From Cenococcum geophilum (Eukaryota): 64,000 bases of DNA. The stretch is taken from contig CP158636.1 in assembly GCA_050273025.1 (NCBI GenBank), forward strand, positions 1,116,001 through 1,180,000, given 5' to 3'. How positions within the stretch are numbered: the first letter of the stretch is position 1; each line of letters opens with the position of its first letter. Positions 52,054 to 64,000 of this stretch are shown here, piece after piece. Position numbers and translations under genes: made by a program. The notes below the pieces were generated by a model. The model made no database searches and was not told the origin of the DNA. It saw only the letters and a program-made list of their open reading frames with translations.

Positions 52054-55000
52054 TGCGTTAATTGTCTTATTAATAAAAAGGTATTAGACATACTTTAAAA
52101 ACCTATTAATAAGTACGAGGACCGAATTATATATTTATTCTTAGCTATCTTTAGATAGCGGGAGATCCGTAATAAAGTCTATGGCGTAATATTACTATAG
52201 CTTACTAGCGGGGGAAACTAATTTAAGTAGACCCTATGGCTTGTGCTACGGATCTTATATACTTAACACTTTTTATAATAGCTGATATACTCTTTTACTT
52301 CCTAATTAAGCTTTAGCTAATAGTATTTACGCTAAAGTAATTCTACTATTTTTGCTTAACTATAGTGGCCGCCTAAAGGATTATTGTAATTCTTTATAAA
52401 AATCTTCTGTTGTAGATTTACTCCTTATAGTACCTAAACCTTACTACCTCTACGTAGTAGGCCTATTAGGTCTAGTTCCTAATAGTAGTACCTAGTAGCT
52501 TCTTTTTCGTTATATTTCCAGTCTACTTCCATATTAAGAATGGCATAGAAAGCGTCCCTTTATTGCACCTTATAGATAAGATCCGTTAACCTTTTAGATA
52601 GTTTTTAAGTAAAAGCTGTTTTATCCTATACTGCTCTAAGTATAAGACTAGATGGTTCTCTAGATTTTATAACTCTTTAATGCGCGTATATTAGAAAGGC
52701 CGCTATAAGGTTAAAGTCCTTTAGTTATTATAGGGCTCTAAGTTCCAATTGCTCTATAGCTTTGCTATTAGTTTAAGGGGATAACTTAGTAATTAGAGAT
52801 AGTATATTACTAGGTTGCGAGAATATATTAGGGACGTCCTATTTAGGTATATTTAGACCCTTATTAGTAACGGACTAGGTATTAACTAGAATATTAGTGG
52901 AAACTAATAGGGCTTATACCGCCTAAGACTTAGTATATAAAGCTATAGGTGCTTAAGTATTCTATACCTAAAGCTTGTTCTATAATATAGGGAGTAAGAT
53001 ATCTATTATTTGTTTTCCTTCTCCTATTTTAAAGCCTTTGGTATAGTCTGGCCGTTATAACAGTCTATTAGTAGGGTTATTTTCCTCTAGCTTATATTTA
53101 ATCTTAAAATTAAATTATATAAGCTCCTCTACCTATCTAGCTTATTAAGGTATAAGCTCCTTTATAGTTATAATATAGCGTAGATTATAGTAATCTAAGA
53201 GTATACGAGTAGTATAGCTCGTGTGCTTAAGGTAATATCGCTACTATTTAAAGCAGTTAACTATAGCCAGTAGTTCCTTATTATAGGTATAATACCTAAC
53301 TTTAGGTCCCAGAAATTTTCTGCTATAGAATACTACTGGTCTTTAGTGAAGCTGGGTAGCGTCTAGATACCTATTAGGTTATAGTAGGATACCAATAAGG
53401 GCAAAAATTAATATATTAGTAACTATTATTAGTAGCTAATCTAGGTCAAAATGCCGCAGTAATAGAGCTTTTGTAAACTTTGCGCGTAGTTCCTAAAAGG
53501 CCTTTTAAACCTTTTTAGGCTATAACTATAGCTTATACTATTTAGTTAGTCCCTTCTTAGTTTTCTTCTTTACCGCCTTTAAGCTTTTTACTCCTTAGGT
53601 TAGGTCTTAGGAAGCTTCTATAATATAGTTAAATAGATATTAGGCGACGTCTAAGTAGTTATAGATAAAGCGCCTATAGAAATTGGCAAAGCCTAGGAAT
53701 ACTTAGATATCCTAATAGCTCTCTAGCTCTAGCCACTTTTAAATCGTCTGCACTTATACTAGGTCTATAACTATACTTATAGGTGTTATAATATAACCTA
53801 AGAACTCGACCTGCTTAGTATTAAAGATATACTTTAACGCCTTAGCGTAAAGGCCCTAATTATCTAAACATTCTAGCACTTTGCGGACGTGTTACTTATA
53901 CTAATCCTTATCTTTTAAATAGATTAGGATATTATCTAAATAGACGATATATATACGGTCGACTAGTCCCCCTAAGGCTCTGTAAATATATAATTAGAAT
54001 ATTATAGGCGTATTAGCTAGCCCAAAAGGTATTATTAGATACTTAAAGTGGCCGTATTAGGTCTTAAAAGCGGTCTTCTATTTATCCCCTTTTTTAATAT
54101 AGAGCCTATAATAGGCGTCTTATAGGTCTAGCTTTATAAAGATCTTTACCCTAAATAGTTAATCCAGCATTTTACTAACTAGTAGTAGTAGGTAGCGGTT
54201 CTTAATTATAATCTTATTAAGACCGTAATAGTCTATATATAGCTTTACAGTTCCATCTAGTTTTAGGATAAAGAGGATTAGCGCGCCTACCGGTGACTTA
54301 TTAGGCCGGATCTATCCCTTTTCTAGTAACCCATTAAGGTTGTAAGCTTTGCAGTGTGGGAAAAGAACGAGCGACTTGATTGTAAATCTATGGAAATCAA
54401 GTGGTATAAATACATGAAAGTAGACCCCTAACTCCGGAGCCCATGAGTCATTTGAACCATATCCGAGACATGCGAGGGTAGTGCTGACGCAGGTGAAACA
54501 GGGTAATATGCAAGGTCCGGTAGTCGGTTACACACCCCCCCAGATTTGACGGTGTAGTCAAAGCTGTAGAAAGAAAAATGAAGGTAGAAACTGTACTCCC
54601 CAGCTTTATATCTCTGGACATAGAGCTGTATTCAAAGAGATGTCCTCCGTAGCCTCCCAGGAGACTATATTCGAAAAGGTGTCCTCCCCAGCCTCTCAGG
54701 AGACTGTATTCAAAGAGGTGTAGTGATTTGATCTGCATTCGAGGCAGTCAATTAATCCGTGCTTGGGGTAGTCATTTGATCTGTAACCGAGGTAGATGTT
54801 TTGATCTGTATTCGAGGTAGTCATTTGATCTGTAGTTGAGGTGGAACTCGAGGTAGTCATTTGAGCTGTAGTCGAGGTAGATCTTTGAAGCTGTTCAATT
54901 GCATTGACGTGCTTATGAAGCTGCTCAATTGCATTGATGTGCTTTGGACGCTGCTGTTGTTGCAGGTGACTGGTGACGTTAAGACGTCGTATCTGGTGAC

Positions 55001-57674
55001 GTTGAGACGTCGAATTTGGTAACGTTGCGGTTGTCGCAACTGGTGCCGATTTTAGGCTGGTGCCATTTAGGCTCGATTGGTGCTTTGGAATCAAAATCAA
55101 TTGTTCCGTTGTAGTATTGGTGCCTTCCTAGAAGGCCTTGATTTGATTTGGTGACAGGCCTATATTGAGGCTCTGGTTTGGTTTGATCCGATATTCGATG
55201 TTCGGTCCAGTCGAATTGATCTGGTGTTCGCTTGCTGGTCGTTCGAACGGTTGTCTAGTTTTGGCGACGGTCCTCTGCTGGCTGCCGTCGGTAGTGCCTT
55301 CCTTGTGTCTACCCAATATCCTTGTCTCTCCCATCAGTATATCCAAGCTAGCTTCTGCTCTGGCTCCGTGCTCTGGCATCTCGCTCTGGCTCTGTGCTCG
55401 GGCTATCGCGCTGGCTAGGCTCTCACTTGGACGCCATGAGGTCGTTACGCTGTGGTGGATAGGTCGACTCTGTCGAATGGTTGTGTATCTGGGTTAAAGG
55501 AGGTTGGGGTTCGTACGGTCGGGTTCGTACGGTCAGGTTCGGTTCGGTTCGATCGATGTTCAATGCAATCGATGTTCGATCGTCCGTCCGTTTGGTAAAT
55601 AAAGGTAATCACGAGTACAAGAGAGGTACCCGGAAGAGGCTTAAAACACTTGCAAAGGTGGAAGAAGTAGTGACTTCTTGAACGAGGTAGCAATTGATTG
55701 CTTAGTAAGCGCTGAATGTACAGATCAGATGCAGTACGGTAGGCAGGCCGGGCTCATAACTGTAAGCTTTGCAGTGTAAAGGATTGAATGAACGACTTGA
55801 TTGTAAATCTATGGAAATCAAGTGGTATAAATACATGAAAGTAGACCCCTAACTCCGGAGCCCATGAGTCATTTAAACCATATCCGAGACATGCGAGGGT
55901 AGTGCTGACGCAGGTGAAACAGGGTAATATGCAAGGTCCGGTAGTCGGTTACAAAGGTACTCCCGTAGAATCTTGAGCTCTTTGTAAGAGAGGTTATAGA
56001 TAGGAAGGATTAGCGGTTATTTACCTTCTTTTAGATTAATTATATAATCGTACTCCAAGTTCTGCGGTAGGACTTTAGCTCTCCTACCTAAAAATACCCT
56101 TAGTAAGTTTTTTAGGCCTACTAGAATATTTAATAAATTGGGGTCGCGTTTATTTTTTATATTATTATTAGGTGGGTTCCGGGGCTCCCTTAAGATACTC
56201 GCGGGCAGTATTATACGCTATAGTAGTTACTTATATATAGTTGCCACCGTATATTAAACCGTTTTATATAATAGCTAGTAGAGGGTAGAGAACTCCTTAA
56301 CGTAGCGTTTAAAGTGCTATAGTATATTCTCCGTATATTGCTTAAGCTAGAGTAACCTATAACGGTTAAAGTATCTTATAAGATCCTTAAGATCGCCGCC
56401 TCCCTATAATGTCTTTATAACCTATCCGGCAGTTCTTTATAGAATCTTTATTATAGAGGGGTTATTACCTATACTAGGCTCTATACCCATCTTGCTATTA
56501 AATAGGGGTTAAATCCGATACTTCTTTAGGTATAGAGCGTATACTATTTTACCTAGGGCTATATTCTCTAGGATGTCCTTTAGGCTTATTAGTAATATAC
56601 GCCCTTCTAAATCTTTATTATTCTACTATTTAAAGGCTTTAGTTTTAAAGCGTATTTTAGGATCTACTTCTATAAGCTAAGGGTATCTAAGGATAAGGTT
56701 ATAACTTATAAAGTTAGCCGTCTAAAAGGGTTGCAGGCTAACTACCTTAATACGGTTGTATATATTAGCTACTAATACTATAAGCTTATAGGTACTATAT
56801 AGTTTAATTTAACACTTATTTAAAAAGCCTATAATAGGTTTCCGCCACCTTTATAATAGAATAAGTTTATACTCTTTTACTAAATTATATCGTATAAGAT
56901 TAATTTTAGCACTATTATTATATAGTGCTTAGAACTAATACATCTTACCTATAGGGAGTGTTATTTCTAGCTTAATAGCAATACGGAGAGTTTCTCCTTC
57001 TATATTTTACTCTAGTTATAGCTAAAAGAGGTCCACAACTAGGGCTTTTCTTTTTTTAGATTATTAGTGCGGTTATTACCCTACTTATTTTTCTAATAGG
57101 ATCTACCTCTAGAGTTTTCTCTTAACTTTTTAGAGTATTCCCATAAAGGTGCTAAATAGGTATTAGGTTAGCCCTAAAAGTTTTTTCCATTATTTAAGGT
57201 TTCTAACTTTAACCCTTTTAAAGCTCTCTTTAAGAACGGCTTCTTTAAAGGTTAGATCTGCCCTATATTACTACTAAAGTGCCTATACTTTTAGTAACCC
57301 CCTAACTTCCTACTAAAAGAGGTTTAGTTCCTTACTATATCTTTAGCGTTTAGAACTACTCGTTTAAAATCCGTATATATAGTAATTCGCAATAGGGCTC
57401 CTACGCGCTTTATTTTGTTATAAATTACTAGCTTAATTTTAGCCTAGATAAACCCGATCTTCTCCTTATAAATATTACTATCCTTATTTTTAAAGGGCTC
57501 TAGATCTATTTATTAAGTATAAGTTTCTATAAAGTTTATAAACTGGCGAAAGTTATAGCGGTTAAGCTGTGTCCTATTCTAGAATAGCTCTATATTATTA
57601 TATTATATAATATACGGATTTTAAGTCTATTTCTTTAGGAAGGTTTACAGCTATAGCTATATAGTAATTTACTC
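52054..57674 (-). mobile_element. Ty3/Gypsy retrotransposon fragment, heavily RIPped; truncated in the integrase at the left, interrupted by elements E and F
   Basis: The minus strand shows RYLLL/KTAFKT.YGHFKYL..PFGLANAP and IVYLDNILI (YLDD) near 53900-54200. RNase H and the integrase start (DFITDLPLS) follow RT, which is the Gypsy order. No LTR is visible. Confidence 0.85.
54341..55953 (-). mobile_element. Non-autonomous LTR element E (1613 bp, TRIM/LARD-like), essentially un-RIPped; LTRs 54341-54532 and 55761-55953, TSD AAGGT
   Basis: TGTAA...TTACA LTR pair and 5-bp TSD. PBS GTTATGAGCCC and PPT GGGGGGGTG lie on the minus strand. The interior has short tandem repeats and no gag/pol motifs. 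Confidence 0.9.
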
Positions 57675-58809
57675 TGTTAGGAATAAAGGCAAATGGTCAC
57701 TATATGAGGCATATTGCCGTCACGTGTGGCAAGTTGCCGTTACGTGCGGCAAGTTGCCATCACGTGCCGCCGCGGCACTAGCGTGGTAAGGAACCTTAAG
57801 TTCCTTACCCCTTTCTTTAAAAAGAATAAGAATTATCATACTATCTACGAACCGTAGCTACGTGATATCCCCTTATGAGTCCAACACTAATTAGTGGTTA
57901 ACTTCACAGTTATACCACAGAATAGCTAGGTATTTACCAAGAAGAGACAAGCCACTATACCAGTGCTACTCGTGCTAAGGGAAGCTATCTTTTAAGGTTA
58001 GAACTAGTCCTAAACCTTAAATAGAACTCTTTTACGAATCTAAGGATCTAAAGGCTAGAACTGGTCCTAAGCCTTCCCTAGATTACAGATTCTTGCGTTT
58101 ATTATACAAAATAACACGCTTTATAAGTCTTCGCGATTTAAGGCTAGAACTAGTCCTAAGCCCTATAATCGCAAATATACGTCACGAACGCGTACTAAAC
58201 AACAATCCCTATACTACCAATATTCCCTTCCTCTAAAGATATAACTATGGCTACTCCAAATAACTAGAGAGACTCCTTACTACTAGGGGTAGCTATATAC
58301 GCGAAACTTATTAATAAAGATTAGGACGTATTTACCTTTAATATAACAACCTATACTATAAAATAAGTTAACGGCTTTCTCCTACACTATATTCTATTCT
58401 ACCGAGATAGCTACTATACCGATTTACAGTTATAGGAATACTTTAGGGAGGATTTTATAGGATGGACCGCCGACACCTGGGCACTTGGTAATATTAATAT
58501 TATTTAGGATTTTTAAGACTCCCTTTAAAGGAATAGGGTGTATATTACTAAGGACGGTAACCTAATTGCTAGTAATATTTACGCCGTTCTTACTAGTATA
58601 AAAGAACATCAGGAAATTTTTTTTTGGGCACGTTGTCGCAAGCGAAAATCGGGGTCTGCAAAACCTGCGTAAGTCGCGATTTTAGCGATTTGCGGCAACT
58701 TGCGGCGATTTGCTACAAATACATAGGCTACCCATATAAATCGCCGCAAATTGCGACTTAAGTAGACCCTAATTTTCGGCTGCAATAAAAACGCAACAAA
58801 AATACTATA

Positions 58810-59360
58810 AAGCTCTACACGAAGCTCTACACAAAGCTCTGCACGAAGCTCTGCACAAAGCTCTACACGAAGCTCTGCACGAAGCTCTGCACGAGGCTCT
58901 GCACAAAGCTCTACACGAAGCTCTGCACGAAGCTCTGCACGAAGCTCTGCACGAGGCTCTGCACAAAGCTCTACACGAAGCTCTGCACGAAGCTCTGCAC
59001 GAAGCTCTATACGAAGCTCTGCGTATAGAGGCTCTGTACGAGGCTCTGCACGAAGCTCTACACGAGGCTCTGCACGAAGCTCTACACGAAGCTTTGCACG
59101 AAGCTCTACACGAAGCTTTGCACGAAGCTCTACACGAGGCTCTACACGAAGCTCTACACGAAGCTCTACACGAAGCTCTACACAAAGCTCTGCACGAAGC
59201 TTTGCGCGAGGCTCTACACGAAGCTCTACACGAAGCTTTGCACAAGGCTCTGCATGAGGCTCTACACGAAGCTCTGCACGAAGCTCTACACGAAGCTCTA
59301 CGTACAGAGGCTCTGCACGAGGCTTTGCGCGACATACGGAGGCTCTACACGAAGCTCTGC
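58810..59360. repeat. 12-bp minisatellite (GAAGCTCTRCAC)n, roughly 45 units
   Basis: Directly visible tandem array. It generates the spurious ELRA/RASC/HEAL ORFs. Confidence 0.95.
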
Positions 59361-59677
59361 ATCGGGTCCCCGCTATATTCCCGATAGCCTCTACACGTAC
59401 CTCTGCCAAGTGTACCCCTTATCTATATACCTAGGTAGCCACCTTATTTTTTACCCTTCCTTCCTTACATCCTCCCTACCTAGGGAGGCACCAGAACGGC
59501 AGCCAGCTGAGGACCGTCGCCAGAACCAGACGACCGTCGACCGTCGCCAGAGCCAGACGACCACCGTTCGAATATACAGCCAGCGAACGGCCGTAGAGAA
59601 CGATTTAAATTAATACGATTAATCGATCAATCAAATCAGGCGGAGCCTTTGATCGGGCCGACCTTTCCCCCAAATTA

Positions 59678-59930
59678 TAGATAGGTAGGCATAGACAGTA
59701 GCATAGATAGGAGGCACAGACGGTAGGTATAGACGGTAGGTATAGACAGGTAAGTATAGACAGGTAGCATAAATAGGTAGGTATAGACAGGTAGGCATAG
59801 ACAGTAGGCACAGATAGTAGGCATAGACAGTAGGTATAGGTAGGTAGGTATAAGTAGGTACAGATAGACAGACAGACAGATAGATAGGTAGGTAGGCAGG
59901 CAGGCAGGCAGGTAGGTAGGCAGGCAGGCA
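59678..59930. repeat. Degenerate tetranucleotide microsatellite (TAGG/CAGG/CAGA/TAGA)
   Basis: Directly visible low-complexity purine-rich tract inside the TIR element. Confidence 0.85.
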
Positions 59931-62900
59931 CTAGGCCTAGTTAGGAAATCGGTACACAGCCAGCAGATCGTTAGGAATACCGCTAATTAATAATTTAGAG
60001 CCTTTGTAAAGGGTATCCCCCTTATCTTAATTGCTTAATAAATAGCTTTACATTTTATATAGTTATATAGGAATATAAAATATGCAAAATATAAAATGTA
60101 TAAAATGTGCAAAATATGCAAAATATATAAAATATATAAAACGTGTAAAATATATAGGCTCTGCGCGTTTGCTACGAGTTACTATAAAATACGCAGGCTC
60201 TATGCAGTTTACTACAAGTTGCTGCAAAATACGTAGGCTTTATGCAGTTTGCCGTAAAATGCGTAAACTACATAAGACTATATACGACTGCCGCGACCGT
60301 ACAGTTTGCCGTAAATTGCCGTAAACTGTAACAACGAGCCCGAAAAAAAATTTCCTAATAAACTAGTATAGACGGAAGCTAAGATTATACATTAACTACG
60401 GAAACCCAAAACCAACCTATATTCTTTGGAAGGTAACTTTAATTTGGAATAAAACCCCTAGAACGCTACTCTTCCACCTAAAGGTACTCTCCTACCTAGA
60501 GGTGCTCTTCCTCTACCTCTACTACCTCTAACTCCTCTATCCCAGCTAACTAATAAGCCTCTATTTTAAGAAGTCACGAATCTAATAAAGGTATATTTAG
60601 ACGAAGAGAAGAAGTTTAGAGAAGAATTGTATAATATACTCGGAGTAAAACTATAGGTCTTTTATAACTGCTGCAATAAGATTAGAATTTAACGCTACTA
60701 GTTCCATTATACTTTCTCTATTATATTAAAGGGACGGGCGGCAACGTTCTATTACGACTATATTGCAGGTAAAAACTATAGCTTTAATATAATGCTTTAG
60801 CTTACTAGAGCCCACTTTAAAACCGATAAGAACCGCTAACTCTATATATCTAAATAGCGGGAGACTATATTTTAGAGAGTTATCGCTTTTAACCTAATAA
60901 CGACTTACCTAGAGTATCTTTAACTACTCTTTAATAAACTTTAGAAAATCTAATGTGGTCTTACCAAAACCTACTAAAATAAGAATAGTCTAAGGGACTA
61001 GGTTATCTTAGCATGCCATAGCATTTCTAAGTGCAACTTAGCGCTATATAAACCTGCAGATATATTTAAAGGAGTATATACCGAACTATGCTCCGCTATA
61101 GGCACTATAATGCGAATATAAGAACCCTAACAATTCTATACTAAAAACCCTATTTAAACCGGAATTCCAAACTAATATAATTATAACTAGACTAATTAAA
61201 TATATAGTGGCCGGAGTAGGGGATATAGTAGAGGGTATAATTAACGTTAACTATAAAGCTATTGTAGAGGTCCTTATAGAGGTTCATTTCGGAACAACTA
61301 TTAGAAAAAGTACTACATTTATAAGAAGCTAAATTGCTGGTTAAATAGACACTCTCTTAATGAGTAAAAGGAGGCATATAATAAGTTTCGACAGAGTATA
61401 AGAAACGTTAAAAATTATAAGGTTACTATGGCCTACTTCTAAAGCTTTCTGGTCCAATATAAAGGCATAGAAGACCTTAAGGATAAGGTTAATAAGGCTG
61501 AACAGCTCCTTATAGATATAAACATTAAGGACTACTCTCCTAACTAATACTTCACTAAGTATAGTGAGGTAAATGGCATACAAACTATTACTATCCTTAA
61601 TGACTAATCTACGTTCCATTCTATTATAAAGTTAGATATCTTTAATAAGCTAAAGGAAAGTTCCGCGTTCTCCTTTAACGATAAATACTCGGCGAACGTC
61701 TTCTATAATATTATACCAGATACTAGAGCCGCAAGAGTATCTATAGTAGGAGAACCTTAAGTTCAAGCTCTTTAGCAGCTTAATAGCTCTATTTAAATTA
61801 ACTAATTAACGGCAGGCTAATATATAATTCGCTTCGGTAAGGGTACTATAATCTCTCTTAGCACAATTAAGGTCCAAACCCTATTAGGATATATTACCTT
61901 CTATATTATTCCCGTAAATACCCCGTTCCTATTCTGTATCTAAGATATAAATAAATTAGGCGTTAAGCTTAATAACCTTAAAAATATGCTTATTTAGGGA
62001 GACAATTGGGTACCCGTTGTACGCAAGTAGGGTTACCCTTAGTTGCTCCTCTAATAACCAGAAAGGAGCGTTACTTAAAGTCACTTAACTAAGTTAGAGC
62101 TACGTTAACTACACCGTTGTTTTGGCTACCTATCCGTTTACTAACTACTTAGGGTTCTTTAACAAGCAGGTTATAAAGTTAAGGTTAAGGCAATTAAGCA
62201 TCTTATAAAGTACTACTATTACTACTAAATGAACTAGAAGTCCCCTGGCTAATTTAAGTTCACCCTTAAAGATAACTACGACTTTAACTTCTATATTATT
62301 ATTAATGTTATATATCTTAACGGCAAGCCAGTCCTCTAAGCTATTAACTTATTAACCTCCTTCTAAGCCGCACATTTCTTAAGAGATATATTAGCTAGAA
62401 ACGCATAGAATACCCTTTAGTTATACTAGATTGATGTTTACCTAGGACCCCCTAATTAAATTATTTATAATATAGGAAAGAACTTCTTATCTACGGAGTT
62501 TTAATAACAGGTAAAAGCAATGGCAATTAAGGTTAAGGAAGTCCCTGTTAAGGCATATAACAGTATTAGAAAAGTAGAGCGATACTACACGCTATTACGC
62601 CGAGCATATAAGATTATTTCTTTAGAACTAGAGGACGCTAGCGAAAAAATCATCTTATAAATGGCTGTTAAGGCCATCAACGATTCCGCTAGCCCAGATA
62701 GGCTTATACCCACGTTGCTAGTCTTTAGCGCCTACCCTTAAATAACTAACAATTCTCTACTATCTCTCTCTATTATATAACGAGCTAAGGCTATCCACAA
62801 AGTAATAAAAGAGGTATGATGTCTCTACGCCACGCGCTAGGTTAACAACGCACTAGGAATAAGAAATGGCCTAAACACCTTAACTATGCTTAATTTACCA

Positions 62901-64000
62901 CTCTAATCTAAAGTATGGGTATGGCGTAAGAAGGGAGGATAGTTAGGCCCATATAAACTTATTATAAGTAATAGTTAAACTTGCACTCTTTAGATGCCCT
63001 ATAGACCTACTTAATTCTACTTAACTATTGTTAAGCCCTATTACAGGAATAACAGTTCTAAGCCTTTATAGGATACCCCAGAGGATACCCTAGAGGATAC
63101 CCTAGAGGATACCCTAGAGGAGAATCACAATTAACGTGCTCTAGAAGGAGACCATAATTCTAATATAATTGTAGCAGATATGCCGCAACTATAACGTAGT
63201 AGAGGTCGCCTAAAAGGATTACGAAATTGCTAACACCTTATTAATTTTAAAGAGTAATTCGTTACCGCTATTAAAAGTAGAGACGAGTTATTAATGGCCT
63301 TTATAACAGCTAAAGAGAAGGCTAACTTTAAGCTCGCAAAACAGCTCTAAAAGGAAGGCCGTATTATAACTTTAGGAGCTCCTTTCCAAGCATCTAATAA
63401 GCAGGAAATCGACAGTCTCATTATAAGAGGAGTCTTTAAATTTGAGAAGCATGACCCTACCAAGTTCAATGGAATTCGCATCTTTAAGTCAAGAATAGTT
63501 AACGAGATTAAGGGTAAGGCTACTGACGCCCTATTTAAGAAATTAAGGCTTATTATCTAAGGCTATAACAATAACGGCAAGGAGACAATCCTTATATAAT
63601 CCCCTATAATTTAACGAGCTAGTTAGCAAGTCATTATTATACTAGCTTCCTCCTTAATAAAGAACAGAATAGCAGTTTATTTATAAGATATTACTTAGAC
63701 CTATACCTAATTAGAGATACGCCTTTAGCGCTTAATACTAGCATATCTTCCGGAGTAAATTCGCCACTAATATCCCAAAGATATGATTATGGTTGTGCTT
63801 AAGCCACTATATAGAATTACAGAGGTAGGAACTTATTAGTGGGCTACCTATAGCAAGCACCACAAAGAGAAGCTTTTAATAACTACCTCTACATTTAATC
63901 CCTACTTCCTTATTATAACCACGGGAACTCCATTCGGAATCGTTGGCATATAAACTAATAATACAATTATCTTAGGAGACAATCAATTCTTAGCTCTTAA

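Larger units (their letters stand above)
58610..60357. mobile_element. Non-autonomous TIR element (1748 bp) with ~31-bp TIRs and a 2-bp AT target duplication, inserted in gag of F
   Basis: Left CAGGAAATTTTTTTTTGGGCACGTTGTCGCA versus the right reverse complement TAGGAAATTTTTTTTCGGGCTCGTTGTTACA. AT flanks both sides. Removing the element and one AT gives a continuous host reading (GAA CAT AAA CTA). Confidence 0.8.
57675..64000 (+). mobile_element. Copia retrotransposon F (GalEa-type), RIP-inactivated; 5' LTR 57675-57886, runs off the window within RT
   Basis: The LTR is partly homologous to that of B and CTAATTAG follows it. From ~61170 the sequence is nearly the reverse complement of element B apart from transitions. 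Confidence 0.9.

Noticed and set aside
54448..55693. Several 60-134 aa ORFs inside element E
   Set aside because: They derive from internal tandem repeats and show no gag, protease, RT or integrase motifs.
58810..59360. Regular repeat array that could be mistaken for CRISPR
   Set aside because: Units are directly tandem with no unique spacers, there are no cas genes, and the genome is eukaryotic.
58609..59409. ORFs of 266, 176 and 97 aa with ELRA/RASC/HEAL repeats
   Set aside because: They are translations of a 12-bp minisatellite that happens to lack stops in several frames. There is no other sign of a gene.

Overview
A 64 kb window from a filamentous ascomycete (Pezizomycotina). Short GT-AG introns with CTAAC branch points, Zn2Cys6 factors, a HET remnant and strong RIP-type TpA enrichment in repeats support this; a TE-rich Dothideomycete is plausible but is inference. 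1-5.6 kb is an accessory zone: a decayed pogo/Fot1 transposase, a hypothetical gene, an intact intronless FAD monooxygenase, a probable pogo terminal repeat abutting a truncated HET pseudogene, and a TA-flanked MITE. 5.9-29.6 kb holds ordinary genes: NADAR/YbiA, two Zn-cluster transcription factors (one with only half a cluster), a membrane protein, DAP1, a proline-rich protein, TMA7, PRP4 kinase and a CorA-like protein. 29.8-64 kb is a nested transposon block whose boundaries can mostly be read from target-site duplications (TSDs): Harbinger-type MITE > Copia > GalEa-type Copia; a FUSC/ArAE-type pseudogene hit by two tiny solo LTRs, a full Copia and a truncated Gypsy; an un-RIPped 1.6 kb non-coding LTR element inside the Gypsy; and a minisatellite-filled TIR element with a 2-bp TSD inside another GalEa Copia. 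A rhamnogalacturonan acetylesterase gene in this block carries RIP-like substitutions in its oxyanion-hole motif. No rRNA, tRNA or CRISPR array was recognised. Family assignments come from motif recognition by eye, not database searches.
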